A stretch of DNA of 64,000 nucleotides from Kofleriaceae bacterium (lineage in GTDB: Bacteria; Myxococcota_A; Polyangia; Haliangiales; Haliangiaceae), in NCBI GenBank assembly GCA_965215005.1, contig CBDCCZ010000006.1, forward strand, positions 96,001 to 160,000, in the 5' to 3' direction. Each line of letters opens with the position of its first letter. Position 1 is the stretch's first letter. Positions 1 through 10,965 of this stretch are shown piece after piece. A program made the position numbers and the translations under genes. Below the pieces are notes generated by a model. It worked only from the letters and a program-made list of their open reading frames with translations, made no database searches and had not been told where the DNA came from.

Positions 1-1
1 C

Positions 2-814
<813 letters not shown>

Positions 815-825
815 CTGCCAGCCGC

Positions 826-1308
826 TTACTGGCCGCTCGTGCCGATCGCCAGTCGCGTCAAGCCAACCCGTTTGGCCTGCTCCATGACGCCCACGACGCG
901 GCCATGCTGAACACCCTTGTCGGCCTTGAGCACCACCTGCGTGGCTTTATCGCGGACGAACGCGCTCTGAAAGATCTGCTGCAAGTCCGCCGGGTCGATC
1001 GGCTTGTTGTTGACCACCAGCTCACCCGACTGAAGGATCGTGACCACCAGCGACGGCTTCGAAGGATCGATTTCCTGCGCTTCGCCGCTCGGTAGATTCA
1101 CCTTGAGGCCCGCGCGCTCTTTCTGCGCCGCCTCTTCCTGAACTTCGCGCCGCTGATCCTTGGCGTGCTCGATCGAAGCCGACGAGGCGACCATGAAGAT
1201 GATCAGCACCACCAAGATCACATCGGTGAGCGGGGTGATGTTGATCTCGGCGAAGATGGCTTCTTCGGCGCCCTCGAGGTCGGCTTCAGGCAGCTGTCCG
1301 ATCGCCAT
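826..1308 (-). CDS. exbD: ExbD/TolR family biopolymer transport protein
   Basis: EINITPLTDVILVVLIIFMV TM motif and LKADKGVQHGRVVGVM. Start moved to the ATG of MAIGQ, which overlaps the end of the upstream exbB-like gene. Confidence 0.9.
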   Translation of the reverse strand: MAIGQLPEADLEGAEEAIFAEINITPLTDVILVVLIIFMVASSASIEHAKDQRREVQEEAAQKERAGLKVNLPSGEAQEIDPSKPSLVVTILQSGELVVNNKPIDPADLQQIFQSAFVRDKATQVVLKADKGVQHGRVVGVMEQAKRVGLTRLAIGTSGQ

Positions 1309-1978
1309 GCGAGCCCTCCGCGGTGCTTGCGGTGGTGAGCGCGCCGCGCGTCGACCCCGGCCCCGACTCCTCGAGAAGCTCGAGAAACTCGTCGGTGAGC
1401 ATCTTGAGCTCGAGCGCAATACGCGCGAGCCGCTGATTGAAGAAGTTGTAGATGATCACCGCCTCCACGGCGACGAAGATACCCGCCGCCGTCGCCCATA
1501 GCGCCTCCGAGATACCTGGAGCAACGACCTCGAGACCGCCGCCGCCAACCTCGGCGATGTCTGCGAAGGCGAACATGATGCCGATGACGGTGCCGAAGAG
1601 GCCGACGAACGGCGCCGTGGCACCGATGGTGCCTAGGATCCAGAGCCGCTTCTTGAGATCCGCGGCAACCCGCACCCGCTCGCGATGCACCGCGCTGCCA
1701 AGCTTCTCCGGCTTGGTGCGCCCCAGCCGCTCATAGCCAACCAAAAACACGTCGGCGAGCGGCGATGCTGAGCGCTCACACGCCGAACGCCCCTCGTCGA
1801 GCGCGCCTCGGGTGAGACAACGAGTGACGGTATCGGCGAGGGCCTGCGCGCGCGCAGTGAACTTCCACTGCACGATGAGGCGCTCGAGGGCGACGGCCAC
1901 CGCCAAGACGGACATGGCCAGAATCGCCCACATGGCGAGACCGGCGCCGTTGAGGATTTCCCAGATTGTTAAGTTCAT
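1286..1978 (-). CDS. exbB: MotA/TolQ/ExbB proton channel family protein
   Basis: LGTIGATAPFVGLFGTVIGIM and APGISEALWATAAGIFVA motifs. Start at MNLTIWE. Confidence 0.9.
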   Translation of the reverse strand: MNLTIWEILNGAGLAMWAILAMSVLAVAVALERLIVQWKFTARAQALADTVTRCLTRGALDEGRSACERSASPLADVFLVGYERLGRTKPEKLGSAVHRERVRVAADLKKRLWILGTIGATAPFVGLFGTVIGIMFAFADIAEVGGGGLEVVAPGISEALWATAAGIFVAVEAVIIYNFFNQRLARIALELKMLTDEFLELLEESGPGSTRGALTTASTAEGSHGDRTAA

Positions 1979-2186
1979 GGAAGGACTTCTGCAGGGGCGA
2001 GCGAAAACGTGACGCTCATTGTGGACTGAGTGGCCGCTGCGAGCCACTCGCCTGAGTTTGCATCCGCTGCTCGGAGCCTACGGTCACGTCTGCCGCGGTC
2101 CGATTGCCACATTGCCTAGGGTGAGTGTACCGCTACTGTGGGCGAGCGTTCTCCCTCTTACTGAACGATTTCATCTAGATTCCAAA

Positions 2187-2202
2187 CGGTATCGAGTTTG
2201 CT
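2187..2202 (+). promoter_or_regulatory. Putative sigma-54 (-24/-12) promoter
   Basis: CGGTATCGAGTTTGCT has GG-N10-GC spacing with TTGC at -12, ending 17 nt before the ATG at 2220. Confidence 0.5.
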
Positions 2203-2219
2203 AAATTCCCCGCACAACG

Positions 2220-2684
2220 ATGCGCTGTCTCATCATCGACGACGACGAATCACCGCGGCTGCTGATGGAGCGGTTGATAGAGCTGGCCGGTCACAAGGCC
2301 ACGGCGGTCGCCAGCTGCCGGGAGGCGGTGAAAGTGATGGTTCAAGATGGCTTCGACGTCGCCATCGTCGATATGGAGATGCCGGGACAAAACGGCACCG
2401 ACACCATCGACGCGCTGCGCGGTATCGATCCCCAGCTGCGGGTGCTCGTGGTGTCGGGGCATGGCGATCGGCGACACGTGATGGCGGCGCTGCAAGCAGG
2501 AGCCGACGGCTACATCCTGAAAGATGACCTCAGCGATTCGTTGGCGGCCTCGCTCATCGATGTACGCGCGGGAAACACGCCACTGAGCCCCCGCGTCGCG
2601 ACAATCATGCTCAATCAGCTGCGGCAGGCGCTCGGTTCGCACGTGGTGGCCACGCGCCCGGTGGCGCGGATCAAGCGCAACTGA
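2220..2684 (+). CDS. Stand-alone response regulator receiver (NarL-like REC, no output domain)
   Basis: IIDDD, phosphoacceptor D in AIVDMEMP, GADGYILK, then the LSPRVA linker. The ORF ends before any LuxR HTH. Confidence 0.85.
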   Translation: MRCLIIDDDESPRLLMERLIELAGHKATAVASCREAVKVMVQDGFDVAIVDMEMPGQNGTDTIDALRGIDPQLRVLVVSGHGDRRHVMAALQAGADGYILKDDLSDSLAASLIDVRAGNTPLSPRVATIMLNQLRQALGSHVVATRPVARIKRN

Positions 2685-2778
2685 GCCCGAGCGCCCCGCG
2701 AAGCAGCAAAGGTCTACATGAGGCTCGCGGGGCAGCGCCGTGGGGCGCGGCTCCGCGAGCGGGGGAGATGCGGCAGGG

Positions 2779-5700
2779 CTATTTCGGCGTGGCGCTGGCG
2801 GCGCCGGCAATTACCGGCTCGGCGGAGGGCGCACGCGCCGCTGCCGGCTTGCGCTGCCAGCGGACGCCGGCGAGGGCGCGCCAGTCAGGGGTGCCGTAGC
2901 CCTCATCGGCGCCGAGGCCGCCGGCGATGAAGGCCGTCACCGAAGCGTCGATGGCGTAGCTGGCGCCGGCGAGGAGCTCGAGGTGATTGCGGTTGAACCG
3001 ACGCCACAGACGATCGGCCTCGGTGGCTCCCGCCAGGCTGGCGCTCAGCTCGATGGGCGGTCCGCCGCGGTCCTCGAAGCGGTAGCCCACGCCGAGATGC
3101 CAGAACAGCTCGTCATCGACGGTCAAGTCGATGAGCTGGCGCTGCCGACGCAGGCGGTAGCCAAGGTTGACCGCGGTGCGGACCGCGCCAAACCGGCGAC
3201 CGATGGCCAACTCCGGCGCCAGGCTGACGCCATCGCCGCGGAAGTCGCTCGCCGAGCCGAGCGGCGCGGTGACGCCGACGATGAGCGCCAGGTCGGCGCG
3301 GTGGCGCTGCTGCCGCAGGAATTGCACTTTGCTAACCAGGCGCAGATCTCCGAAGCCGCCACTCAGCTCATTCATCGGCGCGCCGGCGATGTCATCGGAG
3401 CCCTGCGATAGCACGACCGGTAGCTCGAGGCCGAGCTGCAGGCGGTCCCACAGCGCCACCGCACCGACTAAGCTGGCGGTGGTCCGCTGCCCGACCAGCG
3501 CGCCCGCGCGGACACGCTCGCCGGCGCTGCCGTCGTAAAGGACCAGTGGATCATTGGCGGTGCCGAGCCACAGACCGAGATTCCAGTGCAGATGCTCAGG
3601 AACCGCGGCCCACTCGACATCGAGCACGCCGTCCCGATCCATGGCCAGACGAAAGCGCTCCACCGAGAACGCATCGCTCTGTTGCGCCTTTGCCGGCGTG
3701 GCCAGTGCCATCACGAGCAGGGCCGCAGCGGCAATGGCCGCACTCCGCCGGCTTCTCAGGACCAGCAGCGCCAGCGCCAGCGCCACGGCCAGGCTCGAAG
3801 GCTCCGATCCGCCGGTGGAGCAACCGCCGCCGGTGACGCCGAAGCGGTCGTGGTAGCCGTCGCCGTTGGCGTCGTCGTCGCAGATGTCGCCGAGGCCATC
3901 GCCATCGAGGTCCTGCTGCGCGCCGTTGTCGGCGCTGGGGCAGTTGTCGAGCGCGTCCGGCACGCCGTCGGCATCGCTGTCCGCGGAGGACTCGTCCCCA
4001 GCATCGCAAGCGTCGCCGACTCCGTTCCGATCGCGGTCGCTCTGGTCCGGGTTGGCGACGTCGACGCAGTTGTCTACGTCATCCTCGATGCCATCGCCAT
4101 CGGCGTCTGGCGTCTCTACCGGCTCCTCGCCGTCGGGATCGCTCGGTTGATCGTCGGACGCGTCGTTGGGATCCCGCTCACCGGCGTCGACGCGGCCGTT
4201 GCGGTTGACGTCCTCGTCGCCATCGGTGACGCCGCCGCCATCGGTGTCGGCGCGGACCGCGCTGGTGGTGGTGCTCGCATGGCGATCGGACACGAAGTAG
4301 CCCGCCGCCAGATTGGTGTCAGCGCTGGGCACGGTCACGCCTCGCTCGGTGCCGTCGAACACGAGATCGTCGTCGCTGTCCGGGTCGAGCACGTTGATCG
4401 CGCCGTCGCCATCGGTGTCCTGGTTCCAGTTCGGCTCCTGGCCATCGATCACGCCGTCATCATCGCTGTCGCCATCCCGCGGGTCGGAGCCGGCGGCGAG
4501 CTCCTCGGCGTCACTGAGCCCATCGCCGTCGCTATCCTCCGGCGGCACGTCATCGTTGGGATCGTTCGGGTCGGTCTCGTGCGAGTCGACCGCGCCATCG
4601 TGGTTGGCGTCTTCGGCGCCATCGGCAACGCCGCCGCCATCGCTGTCGGCGGTGAGTGGATCGGTGGTGGACGCCGGGTCGGCATCCGCGACGAAGGTGC
4701 CTGCCAACAGGTCGGTGCCACGATCCGGCAGGGTGAGGCCGACTTCGGTGCCGTCGAACAAGCCGTCGTTGTCGCTGTCGGCATCGAGCGCGTTGCCGAG
4801 GCCATCGCCATCGCTGTCGGCGGCGGGCGCGGGCTCTTGACCGTCGATGATGCCATCGTCATCCGAGTCGCGGTCGAGTCGGTTGGTGCCGAGCTCGGCC
4901 TCGAAGGCATCGCTGGCGCCGTCGTCGTCGCTGTCGGTGTCGAGGTAGTCCGGGGTGCCGTCGCCGTCGGTATCGACTGGCGGTGTGCTGAGGTCGTCGT
5001 CGCCCGCCTCGATGCGATCGCTTATGCCATCGCCATCGGCGTCGGTGTCGAGGTAGTCGGGGATGCCGTCGCCGTCGTGGTCGCCGGTGCCCTCGTCGAG
5101 GTCGGCGATGCCGTCGCCGTCGGTATCGATGCGCCCGTCGTCAGCGGCGCGATTGGGATCGGTCTCGGCGCCGTCGACTCGGCCGTTGCGATTGGTGTCT
5201 TCGTCACCATCGGGCACGCCGCCGTTATCGCTGTCACGGTCGACCGGGCTGGTGGTGGTCGTCGGATCGCTGTCGGCGCGGAAGTTGCCAGCGCCGAGGT
5301 CGGTGCCCGGCGCCGGCGCGGTGAGGCCGAGCTCGGTGCCATCGCGCAGGCCGTCGCCGTCGGCGTCCGCGTCGAGCGCGTTGATCGCGCCGTCGCCGTC
5401 GGTGTCGTGGTTCCAGTTCGGCTCGTCGCCGTCGATGACGCCATCGTCGTCGCTATCGGCGTCGGTCGGCGAGGTGCCAAACCGGGTCTCCTCGGCGTCG
5501 GACAGGCCATCGCCATCGGTATCGACGGGCGGGGCGTCATCGGCGGCCACCGTGGGATCGGTTTCGCCGGGGTCGCGGGCGCCGTTCTTGTTGGTGTCCT
5601 CGGTGCCGTCGGCCACGCCGCCGCCATCGCTGTCGCGCAGCAGTGGGTTGGTGGTGCGACGCGGATCGGCGTCGGCGACGAACGCGCCAGCGCCGACGTC

Positions 5701-8700
5701 GGTGTCTGCGTCCGGCTCGGTGAGGCCGAGCTCGGTGCCGTCGAGCAGCCCGTCGTCGTCGGCATCCGGGTCGCGGGCGTTGATGAGGCCATCACCGTCG
5801 GTGTCGCTGCTCCAGTTGGGCTCGCGGCCGTCGAGAACACCGTCGTCGTCGCTGTCGGCATCGTGGGGATCGGTGCCGGCAGCGTGCTCTTCCGCATCCG
5901 AGAGGCCGTCGCCGTCGCTGTCGGTGGGCGTCGTGTCATCGCTTGAATTGTTCGGATCGGTGTCGCCGGCGCTGATGGCGCCGTCGTGATTGGGATCTTC
6001 GGCGCCATCGTCGACACCGCCGCCATCGCTGTCGGCGCGGGTCGGATCCGTCGTGGTCGACGGGTCGGCGTCGGCCACGAACGCGCCGACGCTGAGGTCG
6101 GTATCGGGATGCGGGCTGGTGAGGCCGACCTCGGTGCCGTCGAAGATGCCGTCGCCGTCGCTGTCGACATCGAGGGCGTTGATGAGGCCGTCGCCGTCGG
6201 TATCAGTCGTGGCGCCGGGCTCGGCACCGTCGGCGAGGCCATCGTCGTCGCTGTCGCCGTCGCGCGGATCGGTGCCGACGCGTGCCTCGTCGACATCGCT
6301 CATGCCGTCACCGTCGTCGTCTCGATCCCCGGCGTCGCATAGGCCGTCGCTGTCGAGGTCGGGTCCGTCGTTTCGCGGCTCGCTGCGACCCGAGAGGCAA
6401 TCCTCGCAGCCGTCGCGATCTGCGTCGCCGCAGACGAATCGATTGCGCGGATCGGAATCCAGGTCGTCGGCGACACCGTCGCCATCGGCGTCGACCTCGC
6501 CGGCATCGCAGATGCCATCGCCGTCGGTGTCGAGGCCATCATTGGCCGGCTGCGGGCTCCCGGTCATGGCGCAGTCGTCGCACGTGTCGGCGTCGGCGTC
6601 GCGGCAGACCAGCGGATTCGCAGGATCGCGGTCGAGAGCATCGGGGACCGTGTCGCCATCGTCGTCCGGGTCGCCGGCGTTGCACAGACCATCGAGGTCC
6701 GGGTCGTAGCCGTCGTTGTGCGGCGCGGGAGCGCCTTCGATTGCGCAGTCATCGCACAGGTCGGCGTCGCTGTCGCGGCAGCGGAGACGATCGAGCGGGT
6801 CGGAATCGAGCGCGTCGATGACGGTGTCGCCGTCGTCGTCATCATCGCCCGCATCACAGGTGCCATCGCTGTCGGTGTCGAGTCCGTCCATCGCCGGAGC
6901 GCTGGCGCCAGTGACGCTGCAATCGTCGCAGGAGTCGGCGTCGCTATCGCGGCACGCGAAGCGATTCAGCGGGTCGGAATCGCTGGCGTCGACGACATCG
7001 TCGTTGTCGTCATCGGCGTCGCCGAGGTCGCAGAGCCCGTCGCTATCGAAGTCGTCGCCATCGCTGGCCGGCGCGAAGACGCCGCCGACGGCGCAGTCGT
7101 CGCAGGTATCGCCGTCGCTGTCTCCGCAGCGCGAGGCCTGGGTGCGGTCGGTATCGACGTCGTCGGTGACGCCATCGCCGTCGGAATCGAGATCGAGGTA
7201 GTCGGGAGCGCTGTCGCTATCGGTGTCGACTTCTCCCTCGCTGCTGTCGGCGATGCCGTCGCCATCGGAGTCGACGTCGTACCAGCTGTCATCGCCATCG
7301 CCATCCGGGTCGCTGTTGCCGAGCGCCAAGCCGTCGGCGAGCTCGGTCGCGGTGTCGATGCCGTCACCATCGTCGTCCTGATCGCGCCAGTTGCCGATCA
7401 TGTCGAAGTCTGGATCGACGACACCCTCGACCTGGTCGAAGAGACCGTCATCGTCGCTGTCATCATCGAGGGCGTCGATGGTGCCGTCACCATCGGTATC
7501 GGTGCGGAAACCGCCGTCGGTCTCGACGAAATCGTCGATGCCATCGGCGTCGGTATCCGGATCGAACGGGTCGGTGCCGATGGAGCAGGACTCGTCGAAG
7601 GTCGCCAGGCCGTCGAAGTCATCGTCGACCGCCAGCGACAGGGCGTCGACCGACGCGCTGGTGCTGACCGTGGTCTTGACGGCGGCGTAGGTGTCGAGGA
7701 AGGACTCGTTGCCCTTGCCGTCGCCGTCGAAGTTGCCCCAAGCGCGGGCGTTGACGTTGGCGTCGGCCGGATCGGCCGGATTGCCGGCGCTAAGGCCATT
7801 GACGCCGGAGGCGGTGAGGCTCATCTCGCCGTTTGGCATGGGCTCGGCGTCGGCGGCGATCAAGCTGTCGTCCCAGTACATTTTCAGGCCGGTTCGCACG
7901 CCGTTGGCGGCCACCGAGAAGATGCGCATGCCCTCGAAGCTGGTCTCGATGTCGTTGCCGACGAAGTGGAACTCACCGACGTTGACGTAGACGACGCAGT
8001 CATACGACCCGTCCGGAACCGGCGCGCCGCTGTTGTCGGTACCGTTCCACGGCACCGCGTTGGCACCGGCGCTAACCGTGCCAACGATGAGCAGATCGTC
8101 CGGATCGGTGCGGTCGTAGACCGTGTCGCGATCGAGGTCGCAGACCAGGTTGTAGGTGCCGGCGACGTTGGAATCGAACTCGAACTGGCCGGTGCTCACG
8201 CCCGGCACCACGGCGTTGCAGCCGGTGGGTCCACCACGGAAGGCAAAGCCCGTTACCACCGGCGTGAGGGTGCCGTAGCGCGCGATCGCCGGCGGGTTGA
8301 GATACATCGGGTAGTACGGCGTGACCGCGTTACCGGCCACTGGGACGCTCTTGCCGGCCTGAGCGCCATCGACGCCGGTGGCGTTGCTGTTGATGGAGTA
8401 GCCATGGCCGGCCATGCCGTTTAGATCGAGCTCGACCACCGCATCGGTGGTCGGGCTGCCGCCGGGAACCAGCGCAAAGAAGCTGCCGTCGGAGGCGGCC
8501 TCGGCGCCGAAGCTGCCGGCGCTAAACTTCCAGTCGAGCGAGTAGAGGCGGCCCGGCTGAGCCGCGCCGGCGCCGGCGCAGCTCGAGCCGAGGACCGCGA
8601 TGTCCCAGCCGGTGAAGGTCTGCGTCGTGGAAAAGCGCAGCTCGTACGCGCCGGGCAGTCCGGCGGTCGGCGCGACCCGATCGCCCGAGGCAAGAGTGGC

Positions 8701-8973
8701 GATCAAGGTCCCGTCCGGAGCGGTGACCGCCATGGTGCCGGTGCCGGTCCAGGCGATGCACTCGTTGTCGGCGTCGAGGATGTCGACGTAGGCCACGGTG
8801 TTCACCTGCAGGCGCTGCCGAGCGCCCAGCTCCGCGGAGCCTTCCGCATGAGCGCTCGGTTGCCAGCTCATGACGGTGACGAGAGCCGAGGCGACGGCGG
8901 CGCTCAAGGTGCAAGTATGCAGATGCCTGCGAGGTCGATGCGGTCGCGTGGGCTTGTGCGCTGCGATGTTCAT
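2779..8973 (-). CDS. Giant Asp-rich (DxDxDG / thrombospondin type-3-like) surface protein with internal MYXO-CTERM-like tag and C-terminal outer-membrane beta-barrel-like domain
   Basis: N-terminal signal (...WQPSAHA|EG), FlgD-Ig-like WNGTDNSG motif, dozens of DxDxDG repeats, DNC-containing TSP3-like repeats, GGGCSTGG plus TM plus RSRRS, a second hydrophobic stretch ending AKA|QQ, then ~290 aa of alternating beta-strand pattern. Start chosen at MNIAAHK (uncertain). Confidence 0.85.
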   Translation of the reverse strand: MNIAAHKPTRPHRPRRHLHTCTLSAAVASALVTVMSWQPSAHAEGSAELGARQRLQVNTVAYVDILDADNECIAWTGTGTMAVTAPDGTLIATLASGDRVAPTAGLPGAYELRFSTTQTFTGWDIAVLGSSCAGAGAAQPGRLYSLDWKFSAGSFGAEAASDGSFFALVPGGSPTTDAVVELDLNGMAGHGYSINSNATGVDGAQAGKSVPVAGNAVTPYYPMYLNPPAIARYGTLTPVVTGFAFRGGPTGCNAVVPGVSTGQFEFDSNVAGTYNLVCDLDRDTVYDRTDPDDLLIVGTVSAGANAVPWNGTDNSGAPVPDGSYDCVVYVNVGEFHFVGNDIETSFEGMRIFSVAANGVRTGLKMYWDDSLIAADAEPMPNGEMSLTASGVNGLSAGNPADPADANVNARAWGNFDGDGKGNESFLDTYAAVKTTVSTSASVDALSLAVDDDFDGLATFDESCSIGTDPFDPDTDADGIDDFVETDGGFRTDTDGDGTIDALDDDSDDDGLFDQVEGVVDPDFDMIGNWRDQDDDGDGIDTATELADGLALGNSDPDGDGDDSWYDVDSDGDGIADSSEGEVDTDSDSAPDYLDLDSDGDGVTDDVDTDRTQASRCGDSDGDTCDDCAVGGVFAPASDGDDFDSDGLCDLGDADDDNDDVVDASDSDPLNRFACRDSDADSCDDCSVTGASAPAMDGLDTDSDGTCDAGDDDDDGDTVIDALDSDPLDRLRCRDSDADLCDDCAIEGAPAPHNDGYDPDLDGLCNAGDPDDDGDTVPDALDRDPANPLVCRDADADTCDDCAMTGSPQPANDGLDTDGDGICDAGEVDADGDGVADDLDSDPRNRFVCGDADRDGCEDCLSGRSEPRNDGPDLDSDGLCDAGDRDDDGDGMSDVDEARVGTDPRDGDSDDDGLADGAEPGATTDTDGDGLINALDVDSDGDGIFDGTEVGLTSPHPDTDLSVGAFVADADPSTTTDPTRADSDGGGVDDGAEDPNHDGAISAGDTDPNNSSDDTTPTDSDGDGLSDAEEHAAGTDPHDADSDDDGVLDGREPNWSSDTDGDGLINARDPDADDDGLLDGTELGLTEPDADTDVGAGAFVADADPRRTTNPLLRDSDGGGVADGTEDTNKNGARDPGETDPTVAADDAPPVDTDGDGLSDAEETRFGTSPTDADSDDDGVIDGDEPNWNHDTDGDGAINALDADADGDGLRDGTELGLTAPAPGTDLGAGNFRADSDPTTTTSPVDRDSDNGGVPDGDEDTNRNGRVDGAETDPNRAADDGRIDTDGDGIADLDEGTGDHDGDGIPDYLDTDADGDGISDRIEAGDDDLSTPPVDTDGDGTPDYLDTDSDDDGASDAFEAELGTNRLDRDSDDDGIIDGQEPAPAADSDGDGLGNALDADSDNDGLFDGTEVGLTLPDRGTDLLAGTFVADADPASTTDPLTADSDGGGVADGAEDANHDGAVDSHETDPNDPNDDVPPEDSDGDGLSDAEELAAGSDPRDGDSDDDGVIDGQEPNWNQDTDGDGAINVLDPDSDDDLVFDGTERGVTVPSADTNLAAGYFVSDRHASTTTSAVRADTDGGGVTDGDEDVNRNGRVDAGERDPNDASDDQPSDPDGEEPVETPDADGDGIEDDVDNCVDVANPDQSDRDRNGVGDACDAGDESSADSDADGVPDALDNCPSADNGAQQDLDGDGLGDICDDDANGDGYHDRFGVTGGGCSTGGSEPSSLAVALALALLVLRSRRSAAIAAAALLVMALATPAKAQQSDAFSVERFRLAMDRDGVLDVEWAAVPEHLHWNLGLWLGTANDPLVLYDGSAGERVRAGALVGQRTTASLVGAVALWDRLQLGLELPVVLSQGSDDIAGAPMNELSGGFGDLRLVSKVQFLRQQRHRADLALIVGVTAPLGSASDFRGDGVSLAPELAIGRRFGAVRTAVNLGYRLRRQRQLIDLTVDDELFWHLGVGYRFEDRGGPPIELSASLAGATEADRLWRRFNRNHLELLAGASYAIDASVTAFIAGGLGADEGYGTPDWRALAGVRWQRKPAAARAPSAEPVIAGAASATPK
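4130..7620 (-). repeat. Intragenic tandem coding repeats (long DGDG/GTELGLT modules and Cys-containing CDDC modules)
   Basis: About five long units containing DTDGDGxINALD...DGTExGLT...DSDGGGVxDG...TDPN, and about five shorter units containing CxDxDxDxCxDC...DGxCDxG, visible in the translation. Confidence 0.85.
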
Positions 8974-9246
8974 GGGGGTCCTCGGCTCGATACCAGCTCG
9001 ATTAGCGTTTGCTCGACCAGCGCTCGTCGGCCCCGCGGTCGTCGTGCGGGGGATATAGGCACGCGTGGTCAGGGTGGGCGGATCCAACCGCCGGAATCGG
9101 CCGCAGGGGCGGCCAGCTGTACAGGCGGCCGCGCTTTTTTCATCGAGGGTGGGGAGCGTGGGGTACCGCAACCCTTGCGCTATCGCTGCGGCATTGGTTG
9201 ACTACCTGGTCCGCCTCTCTCCCACGGTTCCATGGAGGTCGCTGCG

Positions 9247-9522
9247 ATGAGTCGAATGGTTCAATGTGCAAAGCTTCAACGCGAGGCGCCCGGCCTCTCC
9301 TATCTGCCGTTCGACGATGAGCTCGGGCAGCGCATCTATGAGGAGGTTTCCGAGGAAGCCTGGCGCATGTGGCTCGAGCACTCAAAGATGATCGTCAACG
9401 AGTATCGGCTCGACCTAACCAGCGAAAAGGCCCACGAGCTGCTACGTGAGCAGTGCGAGTCGTTCTTCTTTGGTGAAGGCGCGGCGCTGCCGCCCGACTT
9501 CACCGCGCCGCCAGCAAAATGA
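9247..9522 (+). CDS. yggX: Fe(II)-trafficking / oxidative damage protection protein (YggX family)
   Basis: MSRMVQCAKL...ELGQRIYEEVSEEAWRMWLEHSKMIVNEYRLDL; GGAGG RBS before the ATG at 9247; its stop overlaps the next ATG (ATGA). Confidence 0.9.
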   Translation: MSRMVQCAKLQREAPGLSYLPFDDELGQRIYEEVSEEAWRMWLEHSKMIVNEYRLDLTSEKAHELLREQCESFFFGEGAALPPDFTAPPAK

Positions 9523-10964
9523 CGGAAGGTCTGGACACGACGGGGCCTCTAGCAGAGCCGGGCGCGATCGTGCTGGTGTCCTGCTATGAGCTCGGTCACC
9601 TGCCGCACGGCGTGGCCATGGCGGCAGGCTTTCTGCGGCGCGCAGGCTTTGCGCCGGTAACCGTCGACCTGTCCATCGAGAAGCTCGATGACGAAGCCGT
9701 TCGCGGCGCCTCGCTGGTAGCCATTTCGGTGCCCATGCACACGGCGCTGCGCCTCGCAGCGCCACTCATCGAACGCGTGCGTGCGCTCGCACCGGCGGCA
9801 GTCGTATGTTGCTACGGGGTTTACGCGCCGCTCAATGAAGCGTGGCTGCGACAGCTGGGCGTCGACTACGTCATTGGGGGAGAAGCCGAAGACGAGCTGG
9901 TCGCGCTCGCCACGGCTCTAGCCCAAGGTCGGCAGCCAACACCGCAGCTGGTCTCACTCGACAAGGTGCGATTTGCCGCGCCGCATCGCGAGCCGCCCGC
10001 ACTGCTGCAACGCCGCTTGCACAAGCACGCCCAGCTCGACCTCGGCAATGGCCAGCGGCGGCTCGTGGGCTACACCGAGACCACGCGCGGCTGCCTCGAT
10101 ACCTGCCGCCATTGCCCGATCCCGGCCGTGTATGGCGGGCGATTTTTCGCGGTTCCGCGCCAGGTGGTGTTGGCCGACATCGAGACCCAGCTCGCCGCTG
10201 GTGCCGAGCACATTACCTTTGGAGATCCAGATTTCTTGAATGGGCCCGGGCACGGGCTGGCCATCGCCGCCGAGCTTCATCGCCGCTGGCCACACGTCAC
10301 GTTCGACTTCACGGCGCAGGTGACGCACCTACTGCAGCAGCGTTCGCGGCTCCAAGAGCTGCCGGCGATGGGCTGCGCGTTCGTCGTGAGCGCGGTGGAA
10401 TCCCTAAGCGATACAGTGCTGGCTGCGCTGAAGAAGCGCCACCGTCGCGCGGCCGTCGAGGAATTGTTCGCTCTGGCTGACCAAGCGCATCTGGTGGTGC
10501 GGCCCACCTTCGTGACGTTTACGCCATGGACCAGCTTGGATGACGTGCGCGAGCTGGCTGAGTTTCTGGCTTGCTGGGGACTGGTCGATCACGTCGACCC
10601 CGTGCAGCTCTCGATTCGCTTGCTGGTGCCGCCGGGGTCGCTGCTGCTCAAAGCCGACGACACCCGCGGCGCCTTTGGGCCGCTCGACTCCGCCGCTCTC
10701 ACGCATCGATGGGTTCACGAGGATCCGCGCGTGGATGCGCTACAGCGCGCCATCGCGGCGCGGGTGGCGCTCGCTGCGCAGCGAGGCGATGACGCCCTCG
10801 ATGATAGTCACGCCGTGTTTTCCGCGATTCATGGGCTGATCTACGAGGCCCTTGGACAATCGCCACCAGAGCTGGTGATCCCGCGGCGCCGGGTGCCGCG
10901 GGTCACCGAGCCGTGGTTCTGTTGAAGCGAGCCCACCGAGAGCCAGTTCGGCTCTCTCGTTTGA
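9519..10964 (+). CDS. B12-binding-type radical SAM protein with probable C-terminal selenocysteine (CUAEP/CCAEP-tail family; tail here is C-U-S-E-P)
   Basis: CxxxCxxC (TRGCLDTCRHC) and N-terminal SCYELGH region. The ORF track stops at TGA 10923-10925 after EPWFC, but read-through gives U-SEPTESQFGSLV with a stop at 10962-10964, and a hairpin follows the UGA. The radical SAM call is firm; Sec recoding is inferred. Confidence 0.82.
10926..10961 (+). promoter_or_regulatory. Putative bacterial SECIS element
   Basis: Upper stem GAGAGCC (10938-10944) / GGCTCTC (10950-10956) with loop AGTTC (G at position 2) starting 19 nt after the UGA; lower stem AGCGA/TCGTT. Confidence 0.65.
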
Positions 10965-10965
10965 T

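Noticed and set aside
4130..7620. Repeats as a possible CRISPR array or mobile element
   Set aside because: They are degenerate in-frame coding repeats with no constant repeat/unique spacer structure and no cas or transposase genes.
3586..8424. Long plus-strand ORFs (3586-5946, 6718-8424 and others) opposite the giant protein
   Set aside because: Antisense shadows of a repetitive high-GC gene; the translations are monotonous V/A/I/G with no motifs.
10923..10925. TGA as the true stop of the radical SAM, as given by the ORF track
   Set aside because: Disfavoured because of the C-U-x-E-P tail, the SECIS-like hairpin and the exact fit of the next stop; not formally excluded.
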